A stretch of DNA of 64,000 nt from an uncultured Lentisphaeria bacterium (lineage in GTDB: Bacteria > Verrucomicrobiota > Lentisphaeria > Victivallales > UBA1829): assembly GCA_905197955.1 (NCBI GenBank), contig CAJKAR010000014.1, positions 15,465 through 79,464 on the forward strand, written 5' to 3'. Positions 8,321 to 18,111 of this stretch are shown one piece after another; the stretch's first letter is position 1, and the number at the start of each line of letters is the position of its first letter. A model generated the notes under the pieces. The model did not search any database and was not told the DNA's origin. It worked only from the letters and a program-made list of their open reading frames with translations. Made by a program: the position numbers and the translations under genes.

Positions 8321-9142
8321 TCAGATTTCCACCGTTGCTCCTCCGGGGACCTTGACGACGGAACCGTCTACCTTGATCCAGACAGGCAGAGCCGAAGGAT
8401 TCGTAACTTTTGAAAGATCCATCGTGTAATACAGTCTGTTCTGGGCGGTGATGTAATCGTAGATTTCGATGTTGGTGGCATACCAGATATTGTCATGCCC
8501 GGACATCTTTTCACAAAATTCCTCCATCATCTTCCAGTTGTTGAGTTCGTTATCGGGATTGCGGTCGAATTCGAAACTGTGTCCCCAGACGTAAAGGGTG
8601 GAAAGATCGCGATCCTCTCCGAGGAACCGATCCGCCAGATCCAGAATGTGATGCGACTGATGCGCCGTCGGATGCCAGAGCAGCCAGTTTTCCGGAAGAG
8701 CGAAATTGTTGGTCGCGCGAGTCGTTCTGGAATAGACGATATCGGCCGCTTTGAGAATGTCGAGGGAATCCTGATTCCACGTTCCCATCGGATAGGACAT
8801 GCCGCGCACGGCGTAGCCACAGAGCTGTTCCAGATTCCGGCGGTCTTCCACGATTTCGTAGAACTGTATGTTTTTGGAAACACGATCCGGATACGGATGG
8901 GTCAGAGTATGAATGGAAACCTCATGTCCGGCATAAAGATCCTTGACTTCATCGGCCTTGATGTGCCAGGTGTCGTTCGGATCAAGAATTCCGCCGGAGT
9001 TCAGGTGGAAGGTTCCTTTGAGTTTGTTCTTATTGAAGATTCCGACCAGTTTTCTATCGGCGGTGCAGCCGTCGTCATAGCTCAGGGTGAAGGCTTTCTG
9101 TCTGCCTTCCGGATACACCAGCCGAACTGATTTCCTGTTCAT
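8321..9142 (-). CDS. Polysaccharide deacetylase (CE4 / NodB-homology family)
   Basis: FTLSYDDG (NodB motif 1) and HEVSIHTLTH (HxxxH motif 2). The start overlaps the upstream gene's stop (ATGA). Confidence 0.75.
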   Translation of the reverse strand: MNRKSVRLVYPEGRQKAFTLSYDDGCTADRKLVGIFNKNKLKGTFHLNSGGILDPNDTWHIKADEVKDLYAGHEVSIHTLTHPYPDRVSKNIQFYEIVEDRRNLEQLCGYAVRGMSYPMGTWNQDSLDILKAADIVYSRTTRATNNFALPENWLLWHPTAHQSHHILDLADRFLGEDRDLSTLYVWGHSFEFDRNPDNELNNWKMMEEFCEKMSGHDNIWYATNIEIYDYITAQNRLYYTMDLSKVTNPSALPVWIKVDGSVVKVPGGATVEI

Positions 9143-10308
9143 TCCGCAGTCTCCTTTTTTATTTCTGCAAGAGCGTCGATAAAACGCTGTACGTCTTCTT
9201 CTGTATGTTCCGCGTTCAGGGAAACGCGGAGTCGCGAGGTCCCCTCCGGCACGGTCGGCGGACGGACCGCAAGCGCCAGAAATCCTTTTTCATAAAGCCT
9301 GCGGGAAAATTCCAGCGTCTCGTTTGCATCGCCAATGATGACGGGAAGAATCATCGTTTCCGAATTTCCGCAGTTGAATCCCAGTGAACGGATCGCTTTC
9401 CTTGCGGAATCGGAAAGTGCGTGAAGATGCGCTCGGGCATCCTCCATTTCCTGGGTCTGTATCAGATCGACAGCCGCCGAGATGGCTCCCAGCGTCGATG
9501 GCGGCATGCCCGTACTGAAAATGAACGGAGAGCAGACATTCACAAAATACTCCCGGAGTTCCTTCGAGCAGAGAATGCAGCCGCCGAATGCTCCCATTGC
9601 CTTGCTGAATGTGGCAAGAGCAACATCGCAGTTTTCCGGCGAGGCCAGTCCTTTTCCGCGGCTTCCCGTGACACCCGTGCCGTGGGCGTCGTCAAGAAAC
9701 AGAATGGCATCGTTCTCCCGGGAGATACTGTACAGTTCGGAGAGCGGTGCAATATCGCCGTCCATGCTGAATACCGTATCGGAGGCAATCAGTTTTTCCG
9801 GATTCTGAGACATCGCAAGCATTTTCCGCAGATGCGCCGGATCGGAATGCCGGTAGCGGCGGAATTCCGCCTGAGAGAGAATACATCCTGTGTTGATGCT
9901 CGCATGATTCAGCTTGTCTGCAAAGATTGCCGAATCTCTTCCCGCAAGCGCGGAAACAATTCCGACATTCGCCGCATACCCGGAACTCAGAATCAATGCG
10001 CTTTCAAATCCTTTCCATGCGGCGATCTTCTCCTCCAGTTCAAGACACGCTCCGCTGGTTCCCGAAATGAGACGCGAAGCTCCGCAGGATGTTCCGTAAC
10101 ACTCCGTCCACTCCACCGCGCCCCGGATCAGTTCGGAGCGCATGGAAAGTCCCATATAGTCGTTGGAGGAGAAGTCTACCAGCTTTTTCCCGTCGATGAT
10201 GCATTCCCGCGATGAGATCCTCCGCACCGCCCGCAGAGAGCGCAGACATCCCCTGGAGCGGATGGATTCCATCCGCTCGCGGATTCTGCTTTCAATCGGA
10301 GAACTCAT
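9139..10308 (-). CDS. bioF: PLP-dependent alpha-oxoamine synthase, 8-amino-7-oxononanoate synthase-like
   Basis: 389 aa; FSSNDYMGLS, ISGTSGACLELEEKIAAW and the PLP-lysine context TFSKAMGAFGG. It could alternatively be another family member (Kbl/SPT-like). Confidence 0.6.
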   Translation of the reverse strand: MSSPIESRIRERMESIRSRGCLRSLRAVRRISSRECIIDGKKLVDFSSNDYMGLSMRSELIRGAVEWTECYGTSCGASRLISGTSGACLELEEKIAAWKGFESALILSSGYAANVGIVSALAGRDSAIFADKLNHASINTGCILSQAEFRRYRHSDPAHLRKMLAMSQNPEKLIASDTVFSMDGDIAPLSELYSISRENDAILFLDDAHGTGVTGSRGKGLASPENCDVALATFSKAMGAFGGCILCSKELREYFVNVCSPFIFSTGMPPSTLGAISAAVDLIQTQEMEDARAHLHALSDSARKAIRSLGFNCGNSETMILPVIIGDANETLEFSRRLYEKGFLALAVRPPTVPEGTSRLRVSLNAEHTEEDVQRFIDALAEIKKETAE

Positions 10309-12014
10309 TTCACCAGAATGTCCTTATAGGATTTTCCCGGAGGAATCATCGGCAGAACATGGTCATGGTAGAAGGTGTGACAGTCAAGGAGGAAGGGGCC
10401 CGGCGTTTCCAGCATTTCGCGGACCGCATCTTCAAGCTCCTCCTCGCGGAAGACTTCACGTCCCGGGATGTTGTAGCCCTTGGCGATCGTCACGAAATCG
10501 GGATAGGGTTTCTGACCTTCCAGCGTGAGATCGGTGTTTCCGCGGCGGCTGCCGTAGAAACGGTCCTCCCACTGAGCCACCATGCCGAGATGCTGGTTGT
10601 TGAGGATGACCATCTTGATCGGAATATCTTCGGCATAGACGGTTCCGAGTTCCTGAATGTTCATCTGGAAGGAGCCGTCGCCATCGATGTTGATGACCAT
10701 CTTTTCCGGTGCCGCGACCTTCGCTCCCATTGCGGCGGGAAGTCCGAATCCCATGGAGCCGAGTCCGCCCGATGTCAGAAGCTGGCGCGGATGCTTGAAC
10801 GTATAGAACTGCGCCGCCCACATCTGATGCTGGCCGACTCCGGGAACAATCACGGCTTCGCCTTTGGTCATGCGGCAGATTGTCTCAATGACGCTCTGCG
10901 GTTTGAGCACTCCCTCTTCCTTCTGATAGGTGAGGGGATACTCTTTTTTCCATCCGTCGATGATTTTCATCCATTCGGAATAGTCGTTTCGGACCGGTTC
11001 CTTGTTGAGCTCGATCAGAACGCTCCGGATATCAGCGACAACACCGAGATCCGCACGGACATTCTTGTTGATTTCCGACTGGTCGATATCCACGTGAACA
11101 ATGAACGCATCCTTTGCAAAGGATTCCACCGGCCCTGTGACACGGTCATCGAATCTTGCGCCGAACGCCAGAAGCAGATCGCACTCATTCGCCGCATAGT
11201 TTGCATAATAGGTTCCGTGCATTCCGAGCCACTTCAGGGAGAGCGGATGATCCTCCGGAATGGAGCCGACTCCCATCAGCGTGGTGACAACGGGAATCTG
11301 ATAGAGTTCCGCAAAGCGTGTCAGCTCCTTTGCCGCATCGGCCGCGATGATTCCACCGCCGGCGTAGAGGCAGGGACGGCGGGATTTCGCGATTGCCGCA
11401 CGAATCGCTTCAATGTCCTTCCTGTCCGGAGCGGGCGGCAGTTCATAGGCGGTCAGATTGGGCTTGTCGGAGAAATGGAACGGCAGTTTTTTCTGCTGAA
11501 TATTCTTCGGAATGTCAATCAGAACCGGTCCGGGGCGTCCGCTGTTCGCCAGATAGAAGGCGTTGACAATGGTGGAGACGATGTCGTTTTCATCCAGGAC
11601 CAGATAGCTGTGCTTCACAATCGGACGGGTCATGCCGATGATATCGGTTTCCTGAAACGCATTTTTTCCGATAAAGCTGGTTGCGACCTGTCCGGTGATG
11701 ATGACCATCGGAATGGAGTCCATGTAGGCATCGGCGATGCCGGTGAGCAGATTGGTTGCACCGGGACCGCTGGTTGCCATGCAGACACCGGTTTTGCCGG
11801 TGACACGGGCATATCCGTCCGCGGCGAAAGCTCCGCCCTGTTCATTTCTCGGCAGGATCACCCGGATCGGGGAATCCTTGAGTGCCTGGTGAAATTCGAT
11901 CGCGGCGCCTCCCGGATAGGCAAAAACGGTATCGACCCCAAGGGCTTCCAGTGTTTTGATTGCAATTTCCGCGCCTTTATAGAGTCTGGTGTCCTGATTC
12001 TGTGCTGTTGTCAT
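10305..12014 (-). CDS. ilvB: Acetolactate synthase large subunit (biosynthetic ThDP enzyme)
   Basis: 569 aa; GVDTVFAYPGGAAIEFHQAL, ATSGPGATNLLTGIADAYMDSIPMVIITGQV and the ThDP motif GGLGSMGFGLPAAMGAK...INIDGDGSFQMN. Confidence 0.88.
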   Translation of the reverse strand: MTTAQNQDTRLYKGAEIAIKTLEALGVDTVFAYPGGAAIEFHQALKDSPIRVILPRNEQGGAFAADGYARVTGKTGVCMATSGPGATNLLTGIADAYMDSIPMVIITGQVATSFIGKNAFQETDIIGMTRPIVKHSYLVLDENDIVSTIVNAFYLANSGRPGPVLIDIPKNIQQKKLPFHFSDKPNLTAYELPPAPDRKDIEAIRAAIAKSRRPCLYAGGGIIAADAAKELTRFAELYQIPVVTTLMGVGSIPEDHPLSLKWLGMHGTYYANYAANECDLLLAFGARFDDRVTGPVESFAKDAFIVHVDIDQSEINKNVRADLGVVADIRSVLIELNKEPVRNDYSEWMKIIDGWKKEYPLTYQKEEGVLKPQSVIETICRMTKGEAVIVPGVGQHQMWAAQFYTFKHPRQLLTSGGLGSMGFGLPAAMGAKVAAPEKMVINIDGDGSFQMNIQELGTVYAEDIPIKMVILNNQHLGMVAQWEDRFYGSRRGNTDLTLEGQKPYPDFVTIAKGYNIPGREVFREEELEDAVREMLETPGPFLLDCHTFYHDHVLPMIPPGKSYKDILVK

Positions 12015-12355
12015 GATTTAATACTTTCGTTCAAGTTTCTGTTTTTCATTACAAGATAAAAAAAGAGAGATCTCAGAGCACTGCAAAAAGAAAAACGCAG
12101 CAAGATGTCCGCCCGGCCGCATTACTGAGAAATGAGAGCGACCGGGCTGATAACAGAGACTTTTTCAATGAAAATCTTATTTCGGAACGTTTCAGACATT
12201 CTGTTCACCGTTTCTTGTTAATCTTTTAATATACTCTCTTTTTCAGAATTGTAAAGTTTTTCAGAAAAAAAAGTAGTGAACAGCGACAGAAAATGCAGGA
12301 GTGCGCCCCTCCGTCTTCCAGATCCGGCGTATCGGAAACGGCGGGGCTCCCGGTG

Positions 12356-13909
12356 TCATTCCGGTACGGCAATGATGTAGGTCGGCAGGCCCGTTACACG
12401 GAATTTTTCCATGACGGACTTGACGTTCGGATCCGAAACTGCGGTTGCATCGAATTTGACGAAATTGAATTTTTTCAATTCTTCCACGACTTTCGGATCT
12501 TTCAGCGTTCCGAGATCCATCGCCTTGCAGTTTTTGCACCATTCCGCCCAGAAATCAATCAGCACGGGTTTCCCGTTCTTTTTCGCCTCGGCAAAAGCCT
12601 TTTCGATGGAGCCCGCGGAGTGGAGTTCTGTTCCGGCGGATTGGGTGTCCGATGCACACAGAAGACGAATTCCCAGCCATCCGTAGTAGAATCCAACCAG
12701 CAGAATCAGAACACCGAATGCGTATTTGACCTTGACCATCCATTTTCCCGGCCGGGGCGCGACTGCGATTCCCGCAGCGATCAGCGGCCAGGGCAGTCCC
12801 ATGCCGATCCCCAGCAGGAACGGGAGGAAGAGTCCGAATGGATTTCCCGATGCGTAAAGTCCCGCCGAATGGATCAGCACCGCGATCACAACCGGAGCAA
12901 CACACGCTCCGGCAAGGAGCGCCGAAATGGCTCCCAGAAGAAACACACCCGCAAGACGTGCCGTGGAAGGTGTCTTCAAGTTCGAACCATAGCGGGAAAG
13001 GTCAATGGAGAATACATCGAACATGGAGAGTCCGAGCAGTACGAAAATCACGGCGACACCCAGATTGAAATACCAGTAGGAGTCCAGCGCGCCGAAGGTG
13101 GCTCCTCCGAGCACCGCCGCCAGACCGACAACGCCGTAGGCAATCGCGATTCCGGCCGCATAGACGCATCCGCGGATAAGTGCGTTTTTCCGGTCTCCCG
13201 TATCCGCTCCGATGATGGCCAGATTGATCGGGATCATCGGCAGGACGCACGGGGTCAGGTTCAGAGCCATGCCGCCGAGAACCGTCAGCAGAATGATCAG
13301 CACGATTCCCTTGCCTGCGAACGAGAGCGCAGAATGTTTTCCTTCCAGAAACGCAAGAAAATCGCCTGCATTCAGATAGCCGTAGGCGGTTCGTTCAATG
13401 CGGAATTCCGGACCGGAGGAATCGGCCTGCGGGGAATCTTTTGCCGGGACATTCGCCTGATTCCCGTAAAGGATTCCGGAAGAGGGGGCCAGAGTTTGAA
13501 ACTCTTTCCTGAGATCGGTCGGAAGGTAGCAGACTGGGGTGGAAGCATTCTTATCCATGCCGCATCCCTGCCAGGAAACAATAAGAGTAAACGGAAGATT
13601 CTCTGTTTTCAGCAGATAGGTCCAGACATTTCGTCCCGAATAGATCCGGGTTTTTCCCATGATCGGATCGTCCTTTTCGACGGAACGGGGAGCCGTTTCA
13701 GCTGGAAGCGTCTTTCCGGCGTGTTCCACTTTGACTTCCGTCATATTTTCGTAGACATATGCATCTTTCGGAGAGGAGAGAACAATCTCCAGACGGTTGT
13801 CCGCCAGCTTCCATGACCATTCAAACGGCTGATCCGCCGCGAAGACCGAAACGGCCGTCAGCAGCAGTCCGAGCGTGAGACACAAGAGCAGATTTTTTTT
13901 CACGGTCAT
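12356..13909 (-). CDS. dsbD: Thiol:disulfide interchange protein DsbD-like (alpha domain + CcdA-type TM core + thioredoxin)
   Basis: Signal peptide MTVKKNLLLCLTLGLLLTAVSVFA; SWQGCGMDKNASTPVCYLP (DsbD-alpha Cys pair); the TM motif LTPCVLPMIP; the C-terminal thioredoxin motif LIDFWAEWCKNCK. ATG 13909 is preferred to the track's 13963. Confidence 0.8.
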   Translation of the reverse strand: MTVKKNLLLCLTLGLLLTAVSVFAADQPFEWSWKLADNRLEIVLSSPKDAYVYENMTEVKVEHAGKTLPAETAPRSVEKDDPIMGKTRIYSGRNVWTYLLKTENLPFTLIVSWQGCGMDKNASTPVCYLPTDLRKEFQTLAPSSGILYGNQANVPAKDSPQADSSGPEFRIERTAYGYLNAGDFLAFLEGKHSALSFAGKGIVLIILLTVLGGMALNLTPCVLPMIPINLAIIGADTGDRKNALIRGCVYAAGIAIAYGVVGLAAVLGGATFGALDSYWYFNLGVAVIFVLLGLSMFDVFSIDLSRYGSNLKTPSTARLAGVFLLGAISALLAGACVAPVVIAVLIHSAGLYASGNPFGLFLPFLLGIGMGLPWPLIAAGIAVAPRPGKWMVKVKYAFGVLILLVGFYYGWLGIRLLCASDTQSAGTELHSAGSIEKAFAEAKKNGKPVLIDFWAEWCKNCKAMDLGTLKDPKVVEELKKFNFVKFDATAVSDPNVKSVMEKFRVTGLPTYIIAVPE

Positions 13910-13935
13910 TCCCCCGGTTGTTTTGATTTGAAAGG

Positions 13936-13963
13936 ACAATATCCCTTTTTTGGAGATTGTCAA
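13936..13963 (-). promoter_or_regulatory. Candidate sigma70 promoter for the dsbD-like gene
   Basis: The minus strand reads TTGACA, 16 nt, TATTGT, about 27 nt upstream of ATG 13909. Confidence 0.35.
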
Positions 13964-13965
13964 GA

Positions 13966-13996
13966 GGAAAGGGAAAAAACTTCTTTTTCCCTTTCC
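13966..13996 (-). terminator. Perfect 13-bp-stem hairpin after the prepilin-like gene (putative terminator)
   Basis: GGAAAGGGAAAAA-ACTTC-TTTTTCCCTTTCC lies between the end of 14015..14836 and the dsbD promoter. The T-rich 3' arm is present but no separate U-tract. Confidence 0.5.
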
Positions 13997-14014
13997 GCCG
14001 GAGGAGAAAAGGGA

Positions 14015-14836
14015 TCAGGGCCGATTCCAGGAGCCCCAGGTGCGAGTTTTCCCATCCCAGGTCCAGCAGTTGTTGGCATAGGCAGCGCCTTTGAGAGGAC
14101 CGTTGGCGCTCAGAAAGTTCTTGGCGACTTCTTCTGTCGTAAGACCGTAGCCGACAATGGTAGTACAGTGCCCGTCGCCCCAGAGAACATTAACATCCTT
14201 CTGGTGACGCGGATATACGGTGCAGTAGCCCCAGTTTGAATAGTTATCCACTCTCATATACGGTCGGGCTATGGAATCAAAGGTCCCGCTGCCATTTCCG
14301 CTTTCCGTGGCTACAAGGAAGTTGGAGGGCCTTTTTACCTCGCTTGCTCTGGTTTTCGCGGCATTTGCCGCATTTGCATCGTCACCGAATTCCCGGTAAT
14401 TGATGGCATAGTTCGCAAACTGCCAGCTGTTGGTATCTGTAATTTTTCCCTTTTCCCATTGGGAGAGGTAATAAGTTCCCATTGCATTTTTTGCAACAGG
14501 GCAGAGCAGACCTTTGTAGGTGATATATTTTGCCGAGGTAATAAAATATTTCGGCCAGTGGTAATAGTTTGTATCGGCGGAATTTCTTGCCCGCGGATAA
14601 TAATCGTCATTGTCGCTTGTATACCCCATGATGGCATAGCCGACCTGACGGAGATTGCTGGTGCAGGAAATTTTGTTTGCCTTTTCTCTTGCGGCATTCA
14701 GTGCGGGAAGCAGAATTGCGGCTAGGATCGCAATGATCGCAATCGTCACGAGCAGCTCTATGAGAGTGAAATGAATCTTCCACGCATGGGAAAAGGGAAG
14801 AGATGGCGGAATGTGACACTTTTGATTGTTTTTCAT
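14015..14836 (-). CDS. Prepilin-type N-terminal cleavage/methylation domain protein, H-X9-DG (DUF1559-like) family
   Basis: [32 protein letters not shown] is a pseudopilin N-terminus. The C-terminal H-X9-DG motif is [12 protein letters not shown]. Confidence 0.85.
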   Translation of the reverse strand: MKNNQKCHIPPSLPFSHAWKIHFTLIELLVTIAIIAILAAILLPALNAAREKANKISCTSNLRQVGYAIMGYTSDNDDYYPRARNSADTNYYHWPKYFITSAKYITYKGLLCPVAKNAMGTYYLSQWEKGKITDTNSWQFANYAINYREFGDDANAANAAKTRASEVKRPSNFLVATESGNGSGTFDSIARPYMRVDNYSNWGYCTVYPRHQKDVNVLWGDGHCTTIVGYGLTTEEVAKNFLSANGPLKGAAYANNCWTWDGKTRTWGSWNRP

Positions 14837-14860
14837 TTTGGATATCCTTTCCTGTTATGA

Positions 14861-17800
14861 TTATTCTGCCAGTTCGAAGAAGAGTGCCGGACCATCCGGA
14901 AGCTTTGCGGTATCGACTTCCGCGATGAAGGTACCGTTCCTGACGGAAAGAGGTTTGACGGGCGTACAGCGTTTTCCGTTCATCATCAGCGGATAGAGCT
15001 TCAGTTTTTCCGCATTTTTATTCCGGATTTCCACACGGAACCGGCCGGTTTCGATCATAGTCGGGTTCTCTCCGTAATAACGAATTTTTCTCATGGATTC
15101 GTCTTCGAAAGTCATTTTATTGGAGAGGGCATTGGTCGCGTAAACCAGAAGCAGACGGTCGGATTCGGCGATCGGCTTCTCTTTCCGGAGCGATGCCACA
15201 CTGACGATGCCTCTTGTTTTCAGAAGTTCAATGGAGACATCCCGGAGAGCGGCCTTCGCCTTCTCTTCTCCGCAGACACCCTGAAAACGGGGAGTGTTTA
15301 CGGTCATAAAGTTGTGTTCGGTATCGGTATAGAGTTCTTTTGTGGAAGACTCAAACACATACGCTCCGTCGCTCCGGTTCGCCCGGTCGATGATTCCCTT
15401 TTTGCGGAGCATCCCGATCTGATCGGCGAGACTGAAGTTTCCCGCTCCCGATTCCAGCGAGGACGCAAAACCCTGCGTGTTTTCGATGACCTGCGCGCCC
15501 CCGAGCAACGGAATGCGGAGATCATCTGCCGGAGCCGGAGGACGAAGCGATGGAGCCGGATCGGTCTGCTCCAGTCCGAACTTTGCAATCAGGGAGAGAC
15601 GCGACTGCATGGAGTTCAGGGCATCGCTCCAGATCATGTTTTTGGAAACCGCCTTTTCGGAGAAGGTCAGACGAACACCGCGCATCCCTTCCTTCACATC
15701 GCCGCGACCGTACAGCAGAGCGGTCTGCGCCAGCGATGCCTTGCAGATCGGATCATGGAACATGACCCAGGGGAAAATGCGTTCTCCATCAATCACATGA
15801 ATCGGCGAACCGTGGCGGAGAAGCATGTCGAATCCCTGGAACGAGGCGTAGGCACTGACCGCGAACGGCTCCTCGTAGCGATAGCGGTTCCAGTAGACGG
15901 AGGCGTATTCATTCACAAGGAAGGGACGTCCGGCGATTCGACCGTCAAGGAGTGTGCGGAGCTGTTTCAGTCCTCCGCCGATGTCGCTACCCTGCGATTG
16001 TGTCGCACTGTCAATCGCATGGGCATGATATGCGTGCATCATCACATAATCCAGATCGTTTCGGAGAATGTTGTAATGCATGGAGCTGGTCATTTCCCAG
16101 AGATTTGCCAGTCCTTTGTAGCCGATCTCCTGATGGATCGTCTTCCGGTACCATGCGAGCATTTCGCGCCATTTCATGGTGATGAATGCATTGATCTTTC
16201 TGCCTTTTTCGTTTTTGGTGTTCCACTCTTTCCGGGTGAACATCGGGGCATTCGGATCGCCGATGAATTTGCGCCATTCCGGCAGAGCGGCATTCCAGGA
16301 GTAGCGGGTGTTGATAAAGGCGAACTCCTGTTCGTTGCAGTAATTCAGGACAGCGAGAACTGGATCGTCGCGCATGGCGGTTTTCGTGTAGGGATTGACG
16401 TGTTCCAGAAACGCCTTCATGCCGATCCGGTACTCTTCGCGCATTGCTTTGCTGAAGAGCAGCTGGAATTTGGCATTGCGTTCCATTCCTTGACGGGACC
16501 ACTGGCTGAATTTGGAAAAACCCTGAACATGCATGGTGTCGATCTGAATGTAAATTCCGTTCTTTTTACATTCGGCGACGCACCAGTCCCAGAGATCAAT
16601 TTTTTCGGGATTCAAGGTCGCTGCACCGTCTGTCACGGTAACCATATCCATATCGTGCAGACGGATCATGTTGCATCCGTGGCGCCGGACTTCCTGAACC
16701 AGAGCGGAAATCTGTTCCTTGTTTTTCCAGAAAGCCCGCGCGTTGAGTTTTCTTTTGCCGTCGTCCTGAAAGACATAATGGTCTTTTGTGCCGGTTCCGA
16801 TCTGTACGGCGAAGAAGCGGAACGGTTCTTCCGGAGAGCTTTCTTTGGCAAGTCTTCCGTGGCGGTTGATGATGATCCGTTCAATTTTTCCCGTGTTGAG
16901 ATTTGAGAAATCCAGCGCGGAACCGGGAAGAATCTGCGGAGTCGGCGGACGTTTCAGCGCACGGAAGCGATCCCCCGCCCGCACCATGAACTTTTCTTTT
17001 TTCGGATGCGGGAAGTCGCTTCCGGAGAGTGTGATCCCGGCCACGATCCAGACTGCGCCGGTTGATCCTCCCTCCAGCAGAATCTCCCGAATCGTTCCGA
17101 GATCCGCTTTGACCGGGAACCGGCTGACATACAGTCCGTTGCTCCCGCCGGTCCGGTTATTCCAGACTGCTCCGACAAGTCCGTTTTTCAGTCCGGTCGG
17201 ATTCCACTGGTCGCCGAGATCGACCTTGAAGCGGACCGGGATTTTCTGTTCTCCATTCTTTCCCTTCAACGTGATTGTTCCGGCTTCCCCCTTGTCCGCC
17301 GCCCAGCAGGCGGTGTGAAGCAGATAGAGCATTTTCATTCCGTCGGCGGAAACCGGAATGCGAACGGTTTTCAATCCTTTCGGGAAATTGATCGATCCGA
17401 ACGTGAGAACGGATTTCCCGTTGTTTTTCGCCGGATCCATCACAGAAAAGGGAACATTGGCATAGGATTCCTTTTTGAAATCGAATCCGGAAGCGTCGTT
17501 GTCCGGTCCCTGATCGGACCATCCGCCCCTGCCGTCCTTCTCCTTCGGATCGGCAAATCCCATATTGGCGGAGGAGGAAAAATCGGCAAAGACTTCCGCC
17601 GGACGAATTTTCAGGTTCCGGACGCAGATGATTCCTTTCGCCTGCATTCCCAGGGAAATGGTGAATCTGCCGTTATCCGGAACCCTGAAGCGGAAGTCGT
17701 ATGTTTTCCATGGGGCGCTTCCCAGACGGTCCGCTGCTCCCCGGTAGATCTCTTTTCCATCTTTCCGGAAATGGATCATGAACTTGGTGCCGCTGTATTT

Positions 17801-18094
17801 CACGTTCGGCAGGGCGAAGACATTTTTCAGCATCAGTTCCGCGGAAAGAATCACATTTTTCCCGGCATATTTCTTGAGGACAGCCGTTTTCCATATTCCG
17901 AGAAGACCTTTGCCTTTGACGAGATCCTCAGCAGTCGGTTCAATTTTGATGTAACCGTTCTCCAGTGTAACGCCTTGAATCGTTTTTGTCCATGATTTCA
18001 GAGCGGATTCCGTTGTCAGCGGGATCTGTTCTGCGCAAAGCAGTCCGGCTGTAAGCAGGAGAATCAGCAGCAGAAATGGTTTTCCCTTCCTCAT
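14861..18094 (-). CDS. Large secreted protein (1077 aa), putative TIM-barrel glycoside hydrolase with N-terminal beta-sandwich region
   Basis: Signal peptide MRKGKPFLLLILLLTAGLLCAEQ. NMIRLHDMD, GIYIQIDTMH and NYCNEQEF resemble clan GH-A barrel strands with an NE acid/base. The family assignment is tentative. Confidence 0.6.
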   Translation of the reverse strand: MRKGKPFLLLILLLTAGLLCAEQIPLTTESALKSWTKTIQGVTLENGYIKIEPTAEDLVKGKGLLGIWKTAVLKKYAGKNVILSAELMLKNVFALPNVKYSGTKFMIHFRKDGKEIYRGAADRLGSAPWKTYDFRFRVPDNGRFTISLGMQAKGIICVRNLKIRPAEVFADFSSSANMGFADPKEKDGRGGWSDQGPDNDASGFDFKKESYANVPFSVMDPAKNNGKSVLTFGSINFPKGLKTVRIPVSADGMKMLYLLHTACWAADKGEAGTITLKGKNGEQKIPVRFKVDLGDQWNPTGLKNGLVGAVWNNRTGGSNGLYVSRFPVKADLGTIREILLEGGSTGAVWIVAGITLSGSDFPHPKKEKFMVRAGDRFRALKRPPTPQILPGSALDFSNLNTGKIERIIINRHGRLAKESSPEEPFRFFAVQIGTGTKDHYVFQDDGKRKLNARAFWKNKEQISALVQEVRRHGCNMIRLHDMDMVTVTDGAATLNPEKIDLWDWCVAECKKNGIYIQIDTMHVQGFSKFSQWSRQGMERNAKFQLLFSKAMREEYRIGMKAFLEHVNPYTKTAMRDDPVLAVLNYCNEQEFAFINTRYSWNAALPEWRKFIGDPNAPMFTRKEWNTKNEKGRKINAFITMKWREMLAWYRKTIHQEIGYKGLANLWEMTSSMHYNILRNDLDYVMMHAYHAHAIDSATQSQGSDIGGGLKQLRTLLDGRIAGRPFLVNEYASVYWNRYRYEEPFAVSAYASFQGFDMLLRHGSPIHVIDGERIFPWVMFHDPICKASLAQTALLYGRGDVKEGMRGVRLTFSEKAVSKNMIWSDALNSMQSRLSLIAKFGLEQTDPAPSLRPPAPADDLRIPLLGGAQVIENTQGFASSLESGAGNFSLADQIGMLRKKGIIDRANRSDGAYVFESSTKELYTDTEHNFMTVNTPRFQGVCGEEKAKAALRDVSIELLKTRGIVSVASLRKEKPIAESDRLLLVYATNALSNKMTFEDESMRKIRYYGENPTMIETGRFRVEIRNKNAEKLKLYPLMMNGKRCTPVKPLSVRNGTFIAEVDTAKLPDGPALFFELAE

Positions 18095-18111
18095 TTTTCT
18101 GTCCTTTCTGT

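Noticed and set aside
10212-12059. A 615-aa plus-strand ORF.
   Set aside because: It lies exactly antisense to the acetolactate synthase gene, whose ThDP-enzyme motifs are unmistakable. The translation is Arg/Gly/Asp-rich with no recognisable domain, which is typical of a shadow ORF in GC-rich coding DNA.
12293-13816. A 507-aa plus-strand ORF.
   Set aside because: It is antisense to the DsbD-like gene, which has a signal peptide, the CcdA TM motif and the WCxxC thioredoxin motif. The ORF's translation is Arg/Gly/Ser/Asp-rich with no motif.
15314-16906. A 530-aa plus-strand ORF inside the 14861..18094 locus. Similar shadow ORFs are 17315..17995, 25104..26528, 41156..42373 and 49549..50520.
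   Set aside because: All are antisense to longer ORFs that carry signal peptides and recognisable motifs. None has an SD or plausible start context or a domain signature.
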